Shown piece by piece: positions 36,075 to 44,979 of a stretch of 64,000 nucleotides of DNA. This DNA is from Bosea sp. (in: a-proteobacteria). Its GTDB lineage: Bacteria > Pseudomonadota > Alphaproteobacteria > Rhizobiales > Beijerinckiaceae. Under the pieces are notes generated by a model that saw nothing but the letters and a program-made list of their open reading frames with translations, had not been told where the DNA came from and did no database searches. Where the stretch lies: positions 2,806 to 66,805 of the forward strand of contig NZ_JAUXYO010000053.1 of assembly GCF_030694325.1 (NCBI RefSeq), given 5' to 3'. Each line of letters starts with the position of its first letter. Within the stretch, counting starts at the first letter, position 1. The translations under genes and the position numbers were made by a program.

Positions 36075-39000
36075 GCCGCCGCATCCATGCCGATGCCCTC
36101 GAGCCGGTCCTCCAGCTCGTCGCCGGCCTGCTGCAGCGCCGCCAGCGTCGCGGCGTCCGGCTGCCAGTACTGGCGGGCCTGCGCCTCGATCAGGCGGTTG
36201 GCCAGCTTGGCCGAGGCCGTCGGGTTGAGCGCCGCCAGCCGCTCGCGCATGGCGGGGTCGAGCAGATAGGTCTCGGTCAGCTTCTGGTAGACCCAGGGCT
36301 CGACCTGGCCCGTCGTCGCCGACCAGCCCATCGTGTTGGTGACATGGGTCTCGATCTGCCGCACGCCCTCATAGCCGTGCTTGAGCATGCCCTCATACCA
36401 TTTCGGATTGAGCATGCGGGTGCGCGTCTCCAGCGAGACCTGCTCGGACAGCGTACGCACCGTGCCCTCGCCCCGCGTCTGATCGCCGATATAGACCGGC
36501 GTTGCCACCCCGCCCTTGGCCCGGCGGACAGCTCGGCTGATGCCCCCCAGCGTATCGAAATAGTTGTCGACCGTGGTCACCCCGAGCTCGACCGAATCGA
36601 GGTTCTGATAGGCGAGTTCGACGCCGCCAAGCACGCTGCGCAGGAGGTCCGGCTGCTGCACCGCGCGCCCGCCGCGGCCATAGGCGAAACCCTTGCGGCG
36701 GCTATAGGTCTCGGCCAGCTCGTCCTCGTCCTGCCAGCGCCCGCTCTCGACGAGGTTGTTGACATTGGAGCCATAGGCGCCCTCGGCATTGCCGAAGACC
36801 CGCAGCGATGCCGTCTCCAGGTCGCAGCCATGCTGCGCCTGATAGGCCAGAGCATGCTTGCGCACGAAGTTCCGCTCCGGCGGCTCGTCGGCGCTGGCGG
36901 CGAGGAAAGCTGCTTCCGCCAGCAGCCTGATCTGCAGCGGCAGGAGATCGCGGAAAATGCCCGACAGCGACATCACCACATCGATGCGCGGGCGCTGGAG
37001 CTGGTCCTGCGGGATCAGCTGCGCGCCCGCGAGCCGGCCATAGCCGTCGAAGCGCGGCGCGGCGCCCATCAGCGCCAGCGCCTGGGCGATCGGCGCGCCC
37101 TCGGTCTTGAGATTGTCGGTGCCCCACAACACCAGCGCGACGGTCTCCGGCAGCGGGTTGCCGTCCGCCAGATGCCGGTCGAGCAGCCGGGCTGCCTGTT
37201 TCGCGCCATCCTGCACCGCATAGGCGCTGGGAATGCGGAAGGGGTCGAAGCCGTGCAGATTCCGCCCGGTCGGCAGCACCGCCGGTGTCCGCAGCAGGTC
37301 GCCGCCCGGCGCCGGGCGGATGAAGCGCCCGTCCAGCCCCCGCATCAGGCCTTGGATCTCATGATCCTGCGCCAGCAGCGCATCGGCGGCCGCCAGTTCG
37401 GTCAACATCGCCAGCATCGTGCCCTGCGGCTCGATGCCATGGGCCTTCATTGCCCGCTCCGGGCCCAGCCCTGCGACGAGATCTTCGATCAGCGTCCGGT
37501 CGGGCCGCAGGCCATGGCTCGATTCCGCCATCGCCAGCAGCATGTCGACGCGCTCTTCGGTCGACAGCGGCTCGCCGACCACATGCAGCCCATGCGGAAT
37601 CAGCGTGTATTCGAGCTCCAGCACCGTCTCGGTCAGCCGGGCGACGCGCGGCGGCAGGTCCTGGCGGCTCCAGGCCGGTTCGGCGAGCGCGAGATCGAGC
37701 GCAGCGGCCTGGGCCTGGACCAGCACGGCGAGTTCATCCCGTTCGCGCACCTCGTCCGGGGCGAGGCCCCGCCAGCGGTCGAGCGATCCCTTGAGCTCGA
37801 TCAGCCCGCGATAGAGCCCGGCCGAGGCCACCGGCGGCGTCAGATAGCTGATCAGCGTGGCAGCCCCGCGCCGCTTGGCGATCGCGCCCTCGGAGGGGTT
37901 GTTCGAGGCGTAGAGATAGATGTTGGGCAGGTCGCCGATCAGCCGGTCCGGCCAGCACTGGGCCGAGAGTCCGCTCTGCTTGCCGGGCATGAATTCGAGC
38001 GCGCCATGGGTGCCGAAATGCAGCACGGCATGAGCGGCGAAATCCTCGCGCATCCAGCGGTAGAAGGCCGAGAAGGCATGCGTCGGCGCAAAGCCCTTCT
38101 CGAAGAGCAGGCGCATCGGATCGCCCTCATAGCCGAAGCTCGGCTGGATGCCGACGAAGACATTCCCGAAGCGCTCGCCGAGCACGAAGATCGAGGAGCC
38201 GTCGCTCTGCTGGCGACCCGGCGCGGGGCCCCATTGGGCCTCGATCTCGGAGAGCCAGCGCTCGCGCCGGATATGCTCGCCCGCGCCGATTCGGACATGG
38301 ACATTCGCCATCGCGCCATAGCGCGAGGCATTGCCCTCGATGATCGCCTGGCGCAGCCCATCGACGCTGTCGGGAACCGCGACGCTGTAGCCCTCGGCCC
38401 GCATCGCCAGCAGCGTCCGGTGCAGCGATTCGAACACCGAGAGATAGGCCGCCGTCCCGGTGTTGCCGGCATTGGGCGGGAAGTTGAACAGCACGATGCC
38501 GACCTTGCGCTCGGCCCGGGCCGAGCGCCGCAGCGCCACCAGCTTCTCGGTCCGCGCCGCCAGTACCTCGGCGCGCTCGGCGCAGACATGCATGTCGCGC
38601 TGGCCCTCGCTGGGCGGGAACTGGCAGGAGCGGCTGCAGCCGGTGCAGTGCCCGGCCTGTTCCGTGCGCCCGCCGAAGATGATCGGCCCGGTCGCGCCGT
38701 CGAGCTCGGGAATCGCGACCATGATCGTCGATTCGACCGGCAAGAGGCCGCGATCCGACGGGCCCCACTGGTCGAGCGTTTGGAACTCGGCCGGGTGCGC
38801 CGCAAGATAGGGCACGTCGAGCCGCGCCAAGACGTCCTGCGCCGCCTGCGAGTCGTTGTAGGCCGGGCCGCCGACCAGCGAGAAGCCGGTCAGCGAGACC
38901 AGCGCGTCGATGACCGGGCGGCCGTTCTTGAAGAAGAAGGCATCGATCGCCTCGCGCGCATCGAGCCCGGTCGCGAAGACCGGCAGGACGTTGAGGCCCC

Positions 39001-39838
39001 GCGCCTCGAACGCCCGGATCACGCCGTCGTAATGGGCGGAATTGCCCGCCAGCACATAGGAGCGCAGGACCAGAAGCCCGACCGTGCCCTTGGCACCGGC
39101 CCGCGCGGGCACCTGCCCGGCCTCGGCGCTGACCCGACCGGGCATGGCCGGATGATAGACGCCGGTCTCGGGATACTCGGCCGGCTTGCCGACCTTGAGC
39201 GTGCCGCGCAGCACCCGCCTCTCGCCATCGGCATAACGGTCGACGAGGAAGCGCACGAGATTGGCGATGTTCTCTTCCGAGCCTGCCAGCCAGTATTGCA
39301 GCGTCAGGAAATAGGCGCGCACATCCTGGGCCGTGCCCGGAATGAAGCGCAGGATCTGCGGCAGCCGGCGCAGCATCTTCATCTGGCTGGCGCCGCCGCC
39401 GCCCGGCTTGCCCTTGTTGCCGCGCAGCCGCTTGAGCAGGGCCATCGGGCCGCTCGACGGGCCGTCCATCCTGAAGCGGCCCAGCCTGGTCATCTTGGTG
39501 ACCTCGCCGGCCGACATGATGCAGACCATCGCGTCGCAAGCCTCCCGCCGAGCCTGCAGCGCCGGCAGCAGCGGCAGGAAATGATCCTCCATGAACAGCA
39601 TCGTGTTGATCACGATGTCGGCGCCGGCGATCGCTTCGAGACAGCGGGCGAGCGTTCGCGGATCGGCGGACCATTCGGAGGCTGCGTGGACGCTGAGCTC
39701 GAGGCCCGGCAGATCCCGCTTCAGCGCCAGATGCGCCCGGGCCGTCGCGCTGGCGACATGGGTATCCATGGTGACGATGACGACGCGGATCCGCGTCGCA
39801 GTGCCGCCATTGACCTCGGCCCTGGGAGCTGCGGCCAT
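36071..39838 (-). CDS. bchH: Magnesium chelatase subunit H
   Basis: 1255 aa from MAAAPRAE...RVVIVTMDTHVASA. BchH/CobN-family architecture. Assigned as bchH from the N-terminal pattern and the photosynthesis-cluster context. Confidence 0.85.
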   Translation of the reverse strand: MAAAPRAEVNGGTATRIRVVIVTMDTHVASATARAHLALKRDLPGLELSVHAASEWSADPRTLARCLEAIAGADIVINTMLFMEDHFLPLLPALQARREACDAMVCIMSAGEVTKMTRLGRFRMDGPSSGPMALLKRLRGNKGKPGGGGASQMKMLRRLPQILRFIPGTAQDVRAYFLTLQYWLAGSEENIANLVRFLVDRYADGERRVLRGTLKVGKPAEYPETGVYHPAMPGRVSAEAGQVPARAGAKGTVGLLVLRSYVLAGNSAHYDGVIRAFEARGLNVLPVFATGLDAREAIDAFFFKNGRPVIDALVSLTGFSLVGGPAYNDSQAAQDVLARLDVPYLAAHPAEFQTLDQWGPSDRGLLPVESTIMVAIPELDGATGPIIFGGRTEQAGHCTGCSRSCQFPPSEGQRDMHVCAERAEVLAARTEKLVALRRSARAERKVGIVLFNFPPNAGNTGTAAYLSVFESLHRTLLAMRAEGYSVAVPDSVDGLRQAIIEGNASRYGAMANVHVRIGAGEHIRRERWLSEIEAQWGPAPGRQQSDGSSIFVLGERFGNVFVGIQPSFGYEGDPMRLLFEKGFAPTHAFSAFYRWMREDFAAHAVLHFGTHGALEFMPGKQSGLSAQCWPDRLIGDLPNIYLYASNNPSEGAIAKRRGAATLISYLTPPVASAGLYRGLIELKGSLDRWRGLAPDEVRERDELAVLVQAQAAALDLALAEPAWSRQDLPPRVARLTETVLELEYTLIPHGLHVVGEPLSTEERVDMLLAMAESSHGLRPDRTLIEDLVAGLGPERAMKAHGIEPQGTMLAMLTELAAADALLAQDHEIQGLMRGLDGRFIRPAPGGDLLRTPAVLPTGRNLHGFDPFRIPSAYAVQDGAKQAARLLDRHLADGNPLPETVALVLWGTDNLKTEGAPIAQALALMGAAPRFDGYGRLAGAQLIPQDQLQRPRIDVVMSLSGIFRDLLPLQIRLLAEAAFLAASADEPPERNFVRKHALAYQAQHGCDLETASLRVFGNAEGAYGSNVNNLVESGRWQDEDELAETYSRRKGFAYGRGGRAVQQPDLLRSVLGGVELAYQNLDSVELGVTTVDNYFDTLGGISRAVRRAKGGVATPVYIGDQTRGEGTVRTLSEQVSLETRTRMLNPKWYEGMLKHGYEGVRQIETHVTNTMGWSATTGQVEPWVYQKLTETYLLDPAMRERLAALNPTASAKLANRLIEAQARQYWQPDAATLAALQQAGDELEDRLEGIGMDAAA

Positions 39839-40151
39839 GTCACCACCCCTTCGTCGGCAGGACCTCGGTCGCGTCGCCGTCGCGCGCTTCAGATGGCACC
39901 GCCACCATGCGCCAGCCCAGCAGCCGGCGGGTCGGACAGGCATGGAGCGCGTCGTAGAGCGGCTCCCGGTCCGGGGCCGATCGCGCTGCGGCGGCCGGGC
40001 GGGAAGGAGAGGGCTTCGCATGCGCCCCGTGCCGCGATGCGGGCTGGGCCAGTTCTGCGTGAAACGTCATGGGCGACGCCTCCTGCCGACGCCGTCAACC
40101 GGGTGGCGGTTGCGCTCGTGGCCCCTCAAGGCTCGCTCCACCGAAGTGATA

Positions 40152-40204
40152 TGTCAAGTTTGATTGACGCTATAAAATCGCTTGGCTGTATATTTTACTT
40201 TACA
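40152..40204. promoter_or_regulatory. Pair of PpsR/CrtJ-type palindromes (TGT-N12-ACG and TGT-N12-ACA)
   Basis: TGTCAAGTTTGATTGACG at 40152..40169 and TGTATATTTTACTTTACA at 40187..40204, 35 bp start to start, in the AT-rich bchH/ppsR divergent region. Confidence 0.55.
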
Positions 40205-40530
40205 TAGTGACGCCGTGCGCTACCGTTCTGGAAACGGACCAGACGTGCGGACGTGGTTTCCGACGCCGCGTGGAAGGCGCGCGCCGGCATCCGTCACGAT
40301 CAGGCCATCCGATCCGGACCGCGTGGTTCCGGTTCTCATATCTGTCCCGGATGGAGCGTCAGGATCATGCCGACCTTGCCGGGCGCCACTGGCGGCCCGG
40401 TGGGTAGCTCGCAGGCTTCCTGCACCGCTCCGCACCAGGGCATCGCAGATGACGACGGTTCCGGTCTCGTCCGGTTCCGATGCAGCTCACATACATGCAG
40501 GCCGTCAACACGGAACGGGCCTTCGTCGCC

Positions 40531-41946
40531 ATGTCTTCTGCTCCGCCCCGGGACCAGACCGCCACGCCACAGGCCACGCCCTGGCCCGGTGGCCTGTCGC
40601 CCTTCTTGCGCGACGTCATCGCCTCGGCGGCAGACATCGCGTTGCTGCTCGATGGCGCCGGTGTCATCGTCGCCGCGATCGGGGATGGAGAGACCTGGAT
40701 CGGCCGCGCCTTCCCCGACGTGGTCTCGCCCGACAGCCGGGCCAAGGCGGTCGGGCTGACCGGCGACGACTCGGCCCTCGCGACGACAGCCAGCGAGATC
40801 AACCATCCGGGCCCCGACGGCACGCAGCGGTCGTTTCGCTACCACCGCGTAACCGATGGCGGCAGCGGCCTGCACTGTCTGATCGGACGTGACCTCTTCC
40901 GCGTCGCCGCGCTTCAGAACCGGCTCCTGGACGCCCAGCAGGCGATGGAGCGCGAATATGCCCGGCTGCGGCTCGCTGAGACGCGCTACCGAATCATCTT
41001 CCACTCCTCCCCCGAGCCGATCCTGGTCGCCGATGCCGCGACCCTGCGGCTGATCGAGGCCAATCCCGCTGCGCTCGCAGAACTCGACCTGCAGCCGGAT
41101 CGCCTCGGCCGGATCACGCTCCCCTCGCTGTTCTCACCGATGAGCAGCGATGCGCTGGAGACCATGCTCGCCTCGGCGCGCCATTCCGGTGTGGCGGGGG
41201 AGGTCGAGGTGTCGCGGCCCGGCACCGCGCATAAGACGGCGATTCGCGCCATCGCCTTCCGCCAGGAAGCTGCCCTGCATCTGCTGGTGCGCCTGCGCCG
41301 GCCGGAGATCGATGCAGTCGCGCTCGGCGCGGACGCGTCGCTGCGCCATGTCCATGGGATGGTCGAGCAAACCCCCGACGGTTGCGTCATCATGAGCCCC
41401 GAGCGCATCGTCCTGCACGCCAACCGGGCTTTTCTCGAACTGGCCCAGTTGGCCTCGCGCCACCAGGCGATCGGCGAGCCGCTCGACCGCTGGCTGGGGC
41501 GGCCCGGCATCGACCTGCCGCTGATTCAGGGCACGCTCACCGACCACGGCGTCATCCGCAACTTTCCCACCATCGTGCGCGGCGCCTTCGGCGGCGTCGA
41601 GGCGGTCGAGCTGTCGGCGGTCACGGCCTGGGCCGGCGAATCCGGCTCGGTCGGGCTCATCATCCGCAGCAAGGGCGCGCAGGCCGCCATGCCGCAGCAG
41701 CGCGGCGCCGCTTTGCCCCGCTCGGTGGAGCAGCTGGCGCAACTGGTCGGCAACGTGCCGCTGAAGGACATCGTGCGCGAGACGAGCGACGTCATCGAGC
41801 GGCTCTGCATCGAATCGGCGCTGGATTTGAGCCGCAACAACCGAGCCGCCTCCGCACAGATGCTCGGCCTCAGCCGCCAGAGCTTCTATGCCAAGCTGCG
41901 CCGCCACGGCCTCGGCGACCTCGCCGACCAGGACGAGCAGATCTGA
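40531..41946 (+). CDS. ppsR: PpsR/CrtJ-family photosynthesis gene regulator (copy 1)
   Basis: PAS-repeat architecture and C-terminal Fis-type HTH NNRAASAQMLGLSRQSFYAKLRRHGL. Start taken at MSSAPPRD; the ORF opens at 40480. Confidence 0.85.
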   Translation: MSSAPPRDQTATPQATPWPGGLSPFLRDVIASAADIALLLDGAGVIVAAIGDGETWIGRAFPDVVSPDSRAKAVGLTGDDSALATTASEINHPGPDGTQRSFRYHRVTDGGSGLHCLIGRDLFRVAALQNRLLDAQQAMEREYARLRLAETRYRIIFHSSPEPILVADAATLRLIEANPAALAELDLQPDRLGRITLPSLFSPMSSDALETMLASARHSGVAGEVEVSRPGTAHKTAIRAIAFRQEAALHLLVRLRRPEIDAVALGADASLRHVHGMVEQTPDGCVIMSPERIVLHANRAFLELAQLASRHQAIGEPLDRWLGRPGIDLPLIQGTLTDHGVIRNFPTIVRGAFGGVEAVELSAVTAWAGESGSVGLIIRSKGAQAAMPQQRGAALPRSVEQLAQLVGNVPLKDIVRETSDVIERLCIESALDLSRNNRAASAQMLGLSRQSFYAKLRRHGLGDLADQDEQI

Positions 41947-41976
41947 ACTGCGGGTACAGCCTTGGCGCGGCCGGCC

Positions 41977-42246
41977 TCAGCCGGTCGCGGAGCCGGCCCG
42001 CAGCCTGATTACGAGATCAGCCGCATGGGCTAGGCCGCCAAAGCTCAGCGCCGCCAGGGTCAGCCGCGGATCGGCTCCGGCGAGGGCCGAGCGCAAGGCG
42101 AGCAGCAGGCCGAGCCCCGACAGGATGGTCGGCAGCAGCGCCAGACTCCCGCCCCGCCGCCGGGCGAGCGCGATCGCCACCAGCTCCACCGCGATCACCG
42201 CCAGCGCCAGGTCCACGACGCTGGCGAGCGGGAAGCCGTCCATCAT
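41977..42246 (-). CDS. Small hydrophobic protein (89 aa) translationally coupled to bchP
   Basis: MMDGFPLASVVDLALAVIAVELVAIALA... has 3 predicted TM helices. Its ATG overlaps the bchP stop (ATGA). Confidence 0.45.
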   Translation of the reverse strand: MMDGFPLASVVDLALAVIAVELVAIALARRRGGSLALLPTILSGLGLLLALRSALAGADPRLTLAALSFGGLAHAADLVIRLRAGSATG

Positions 42247-43457
42247 CGCGCCATACCCAGGAGATGGCTGAGATCGTTGAAGAACACGCGGATATGGGCC
42301 ATGAACTTGCCGCGCACGAGCTGCTTGTTCATGTAGGATTCCCAGGTCAGCTTCTGGACGTCGGGATTGCGGCAGAGCTTGACGAACTGCTCGCGGCGCC
42401 GGTCGCTGCGGTACCAGATCCATTGCAGCAGGCCGAGGATGCGGAACACCCGCCCGTGCTCCGCCAGGAAGCGCTTGCGGGCCGTGGCGAGCGCGCGCGC
42501 ATCGCCGGTCTTGAGCGCGAGCTGCACGGCCTCGCCCGCCAGCCGCCCGCCCAGCATGGCGTAGTAGATGCCTTCGCCCGAGGCGGGCGCGACGACGCCG
42601 GCCGCATCCCCGGCCAGCAGCACGTCGCGGCCATTGTCCCATTTCCGCAGCGGCTTCATCGGGATCGGCGCACCCTCGCGCCGGATCGTCTCGGCGCCTG
42701 CGAGGCCCGCTTCGCGGCGCAGCACGCCGACGGCGTCCTTCAGCGAAAAGCCCTTATGGGCGCTGCCGGTTCCGATGCTCGCCGTCTCGCCATGGGGGAA
42801 GATCCAGCCGTAGAAATCCGGCGAAATGCGACCCTGATAGACGACGTCACAGCGCTTCGCGTCATAGCCGGCGCCGGCCTGGGGCGGCACGCGCACGATC
42901 TCGTGATAGGCGAAGACGAAGGGCGGCCGCTTGCTGCCGGGCATCGCGGCGCGGGCAAGGGGGGAATTGGCACCGTCCGCGCCGATCACCATCCGCGCCC
43001 GCAGGCTGACCGGCTCCTCGCCCTCCCGCGGCCGCAGATGCAGCCGCGCCGTCCCGTCGGGATCGCGCTCGAAGCGTTCGAAGGTTGCCGTGACGCGCCG
43101 CGCACCTGACTCGGCTGCCCGTTCGCGCAGCCACTCGTCGAAGGGCTCGCGATCGACCATGCCGACATAGCCGTCCTCGATCGGCATATCGACGCTGGTC
43201 TGCGATGGCGCGACCATGCGGGCACAGGCGATGCGCGCGACGATCTGCGACGGGGGAATTGCGAAGTCGCGGATCGCGCGCGGCGGGATCGCGCCGCCGC
43301 ACGGCTTGATCCGCCCGGCCCGGTCGATCAGGACGACGCTGTGCCCCGCGCAAGCCAGATCATGGGCCGCGGTCGCACCCGCCGGACCGCCGCCGACGAC
43401 GGCGACGTCATAGGTCATCTCGGGATCATCACGCAGAGGCGGCAGGGCCTGGTTCAT
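42243..43457 (-). CDS. bchP: Geranylgeranyl-bacteriochlorophyll reductase
   Basis: FAD motif VVGGGPAGATAA and GDAAGVVAPASGEGIYYAM. Start at MNQALPP (43457) or MTYDV (43418). The longer ORF extending to 44873 is spurious. Confidence 0.9.
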   Translation of the reverse strand: MNQALPPLRDDPEMTYDVAVVGGGPAGATAAHDLACAGHSVVLIDRAGRIKPCGGAIPPRAIRDFAIPPSQIVARIACARMVAPSQTSVDMPIEDGYVGMVDREPFDEWLRERAAESGARRVTATFERFERDPDGTARLHLRPREGEEPVSLRARMVIGADGANSPLARAAMPGSKRPPFVFAYHEIVRVPPQAGAGYDAKRCDVVYQGRISPDFYGWIFPHGETASIGTGSAHKGFSLKDAVGVLRREAGLAGAETIRREGAPIPMKPLRKWDNGRDVLLAGDAAGVVAPASGEGIYYAMLGGRLAGEAVQLALKTGDARALATARKRFLAEHGRVFRILGLLQWIWYRSDRRREQFVKLCRNPDVQKLTWESYMNKQLVRGKFMAHIRVFFNDLSHLLGMAR

Positions 43458-43462
43458 CGCGG

Positions 43463-44800
43463 TCACCCTGGGTTGGGAAGGAGGAGTCCGTCGGTGTCGT
43501 TCCGCGCGCGGCGATCGCGCTCCGATGCCTGCCGCGCCACGGCCAGCGCGAGCCCCGCCGCCACCACGAAGAGCAGCGCCTCGGCGGCGAAGACGGCGGC
43601 ATAGGCCGCAGCCGGTGTGGCCGCGAGGTGCCGCGCAAGGTCGGTCGCAGCCGCGCCGCACAAGCCTCCGAGCCCGAAGGCGACGCCCTGCGCCGCGCCC
43701 CACAGCCCCATGCGGACGCCCTGCCGCTCGGGCTTGCCCTGGCCGACCAGACGCATCATCGAGCCGATCGCCGCGACCGCATAGGCGCCGTTGGCGAGGC
43801 CGAGCGCGAAGACCGTCGTACGCAGCGGGAAACCCGGTCCCGCGAAGGCGGAGAGCGCCAGGCCGGTCAGCGCCAGCGCCGAGGCAAGGCAGCCGCCGAC
43901 CGCCCAGAGGCGCAGGGAACCCGCGCGCGAGCCGCCCAGCGTCGTCACCACCGCGACCAGCACCATGCCGGCAAGAACGCCGCCGTTCTGGACCCCGGCA
44001 AGCCGCGTGCTCTCTCCCGGCGTGAAGCCGAAGACCGTCCCCGCGAAGGGCTCGAGGATGAGATCCTGCGCGCTGTAGGCGATCATCGAGACGAAGATGA
44101 AGATGGCGAAGAGCCGGGCCTGCGGCTCGTCCCAGACCTCGCGCAGCGCCGTGCGGAAGCTTGTGTCGACGCGCAGGGCCCGGTCCGGCCTCGCCGCCGC
44201 ACCCTCGCCCTCGACGCCGCGCACGGCGAGCACCGTGATGGCCAGCGCCAGCGCGCTGACGACGCCGGACACGGCCACGAGTCGGCCCGTCGAGAACGGG
44301 TCGAGCACATGGCCGACGAGCCCCGTCGTGACGATGAAACCCATGATCATCATCACCCAGACCACGGTCGCCGCCGCCGGACGCCTCGCATCGGCGACTC
44401 GACGCGAAAGCAGGATCAGCAGGCAGGTCCCGCTCGCGCCGACGCCCATGCCGATGGCGGCGAAGGAAGCCGCCGCGAGCAGGACGCCGGGCCAGAAGGC
44501 CGTTTCCATCAGCGCCGTCGCCGCCGCGGCGCCGAAGCCGCCGAGCGCCAGCACTGCCATGCCGCCGGTGATCCAGGGGGTCAGCCGTCCGCCGACATCG
44601 GAGCCATGGCCCCAGCGCGGCCGCAGGATCTGCACCGCGTAATGCAGCGCGACGAGCAAGCCGGGCAGGATGGCGGGAAGCGCCAGTTCCACCACCATGA
44701 CCCGGTTGATGGTCGATGTCGTCAGCACGACGATCGCGCCGATCGCGGTCTGGACCAGCCCCAGACGCATGATGCCGAGCCAGCCCAGCGGCGTCGTCAT
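43463..44800 (-). CDS. PucC/LhaA-family (BCD) MFS protein
   Basis: 445 aa, 12 TM segments, LGLVQTAIGAIVVLTTSTINRVMVVEL signature-like segment, RBS GGAGAGAGG. Occupies the position upstream of bchP, as with orf428/pucC-like genes. Confidence 0.8.
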   Translation of the reverse strand: MTTPLGWLGIMRLGLVQTAIGAIVVLTTSTINRVMVVELALPAILPGLLVALHYAVQILRPRWGHGSDVGGRLTPWITGGMAVLALGGFGAAAATALMETAFWPGVLLAAASFAAIGMGVGASGTCLLILLSRRVADARRPAAATVVWVMMIMGFIVTTGLVGHVLDPFSTGRLVAVSGVVSALALAITVLAVRGVEGEGAAARPDRALRVDTSFRTALREVWDEPQARLFAIFIFVSMIAYSAQDLILEPFAGTVFGFTPGESTRLAGVQNGGVLAGMVLVAVVTTLGGSRAGSLRLWAVGGCLASALALTGLALSAFAGPGFPLRTTVFALGLANGAYAVAAIGSMMRLVGQGKPERQGVRMGLWGAAQGVAFGLGGLCGAAATDLARHLAATPAAAYAAVFAAEALLFVVAAGLALAVARQASERDRRARNDTDGLLLPNPG

Positions 44801-44912
44801 CGCCTCTCTCCGCCGGCCCGGCAGGCCGAATGAAGGCGGCTGCCCCGCAGTGAAACCGGAGAGGATCGATCAACGCGCGTCATGACGGGAGGCTAGGCGC
44901 AGCCTCGTCATG

Positions 44913-44965
44913 CGTCAATTAAAACTGACAGATGAGATATCAAAATGTGTCAGTTATTTTGGACA
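44913..44965. promoter_or_regulatory. Pair of PpsR/CrtJ-type palindromes upstream of the pucC-like/bchP operon
   Basis: CGTCAATTAAAACTGACA at 44913..44930 and TGTCAGTTATTTTGGACA at 44948..44965, 35 bp start to start. Confidence 0.55.
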
Positions 44966-44979
44966 GACGGTCAGGCTGG

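Noticed and set aside
36071-39838. Alternative reading of the large chelatase subunit as cobaltochelatase CobN.
   Set aside because: The N-terminal pattern (RVVIVTMDTHVASA...LSVHAASEW), the ATGA coupling to bchG and the PpsR-type sites upstream all favour BchH. A phylogeny would settle it.
36344-40207. 1287-aa ORF on the plus strand opposite bchH. Similar long antisense or out-of-frame ORFs occur at 3968..5719, 6390..8303, 8483..10153, 11604..13304, 22191..23882, 49460..52198, 53058..55319, 58422..60137 and 60081..62288.
   Set aside because: Their translations are Arg/Gly/Ala/Pro/Asp-rich low-complexity sequence with no recognisable motifs. Each lies opposite or out of frame to a clearly recognisable gene. 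This is the usual stop-codon-poor shadow ORF of high-GC DNA.
42243-44873. 876-aa ORF that might be read as a large fusion protein ending in BchP.
   Set aside because: Only the C-terminal ~404 aa is BchP-like. The N-terminal part is low-complexity and overlaps the well-supported PucC-like gene (43463..44800) in a different frame.
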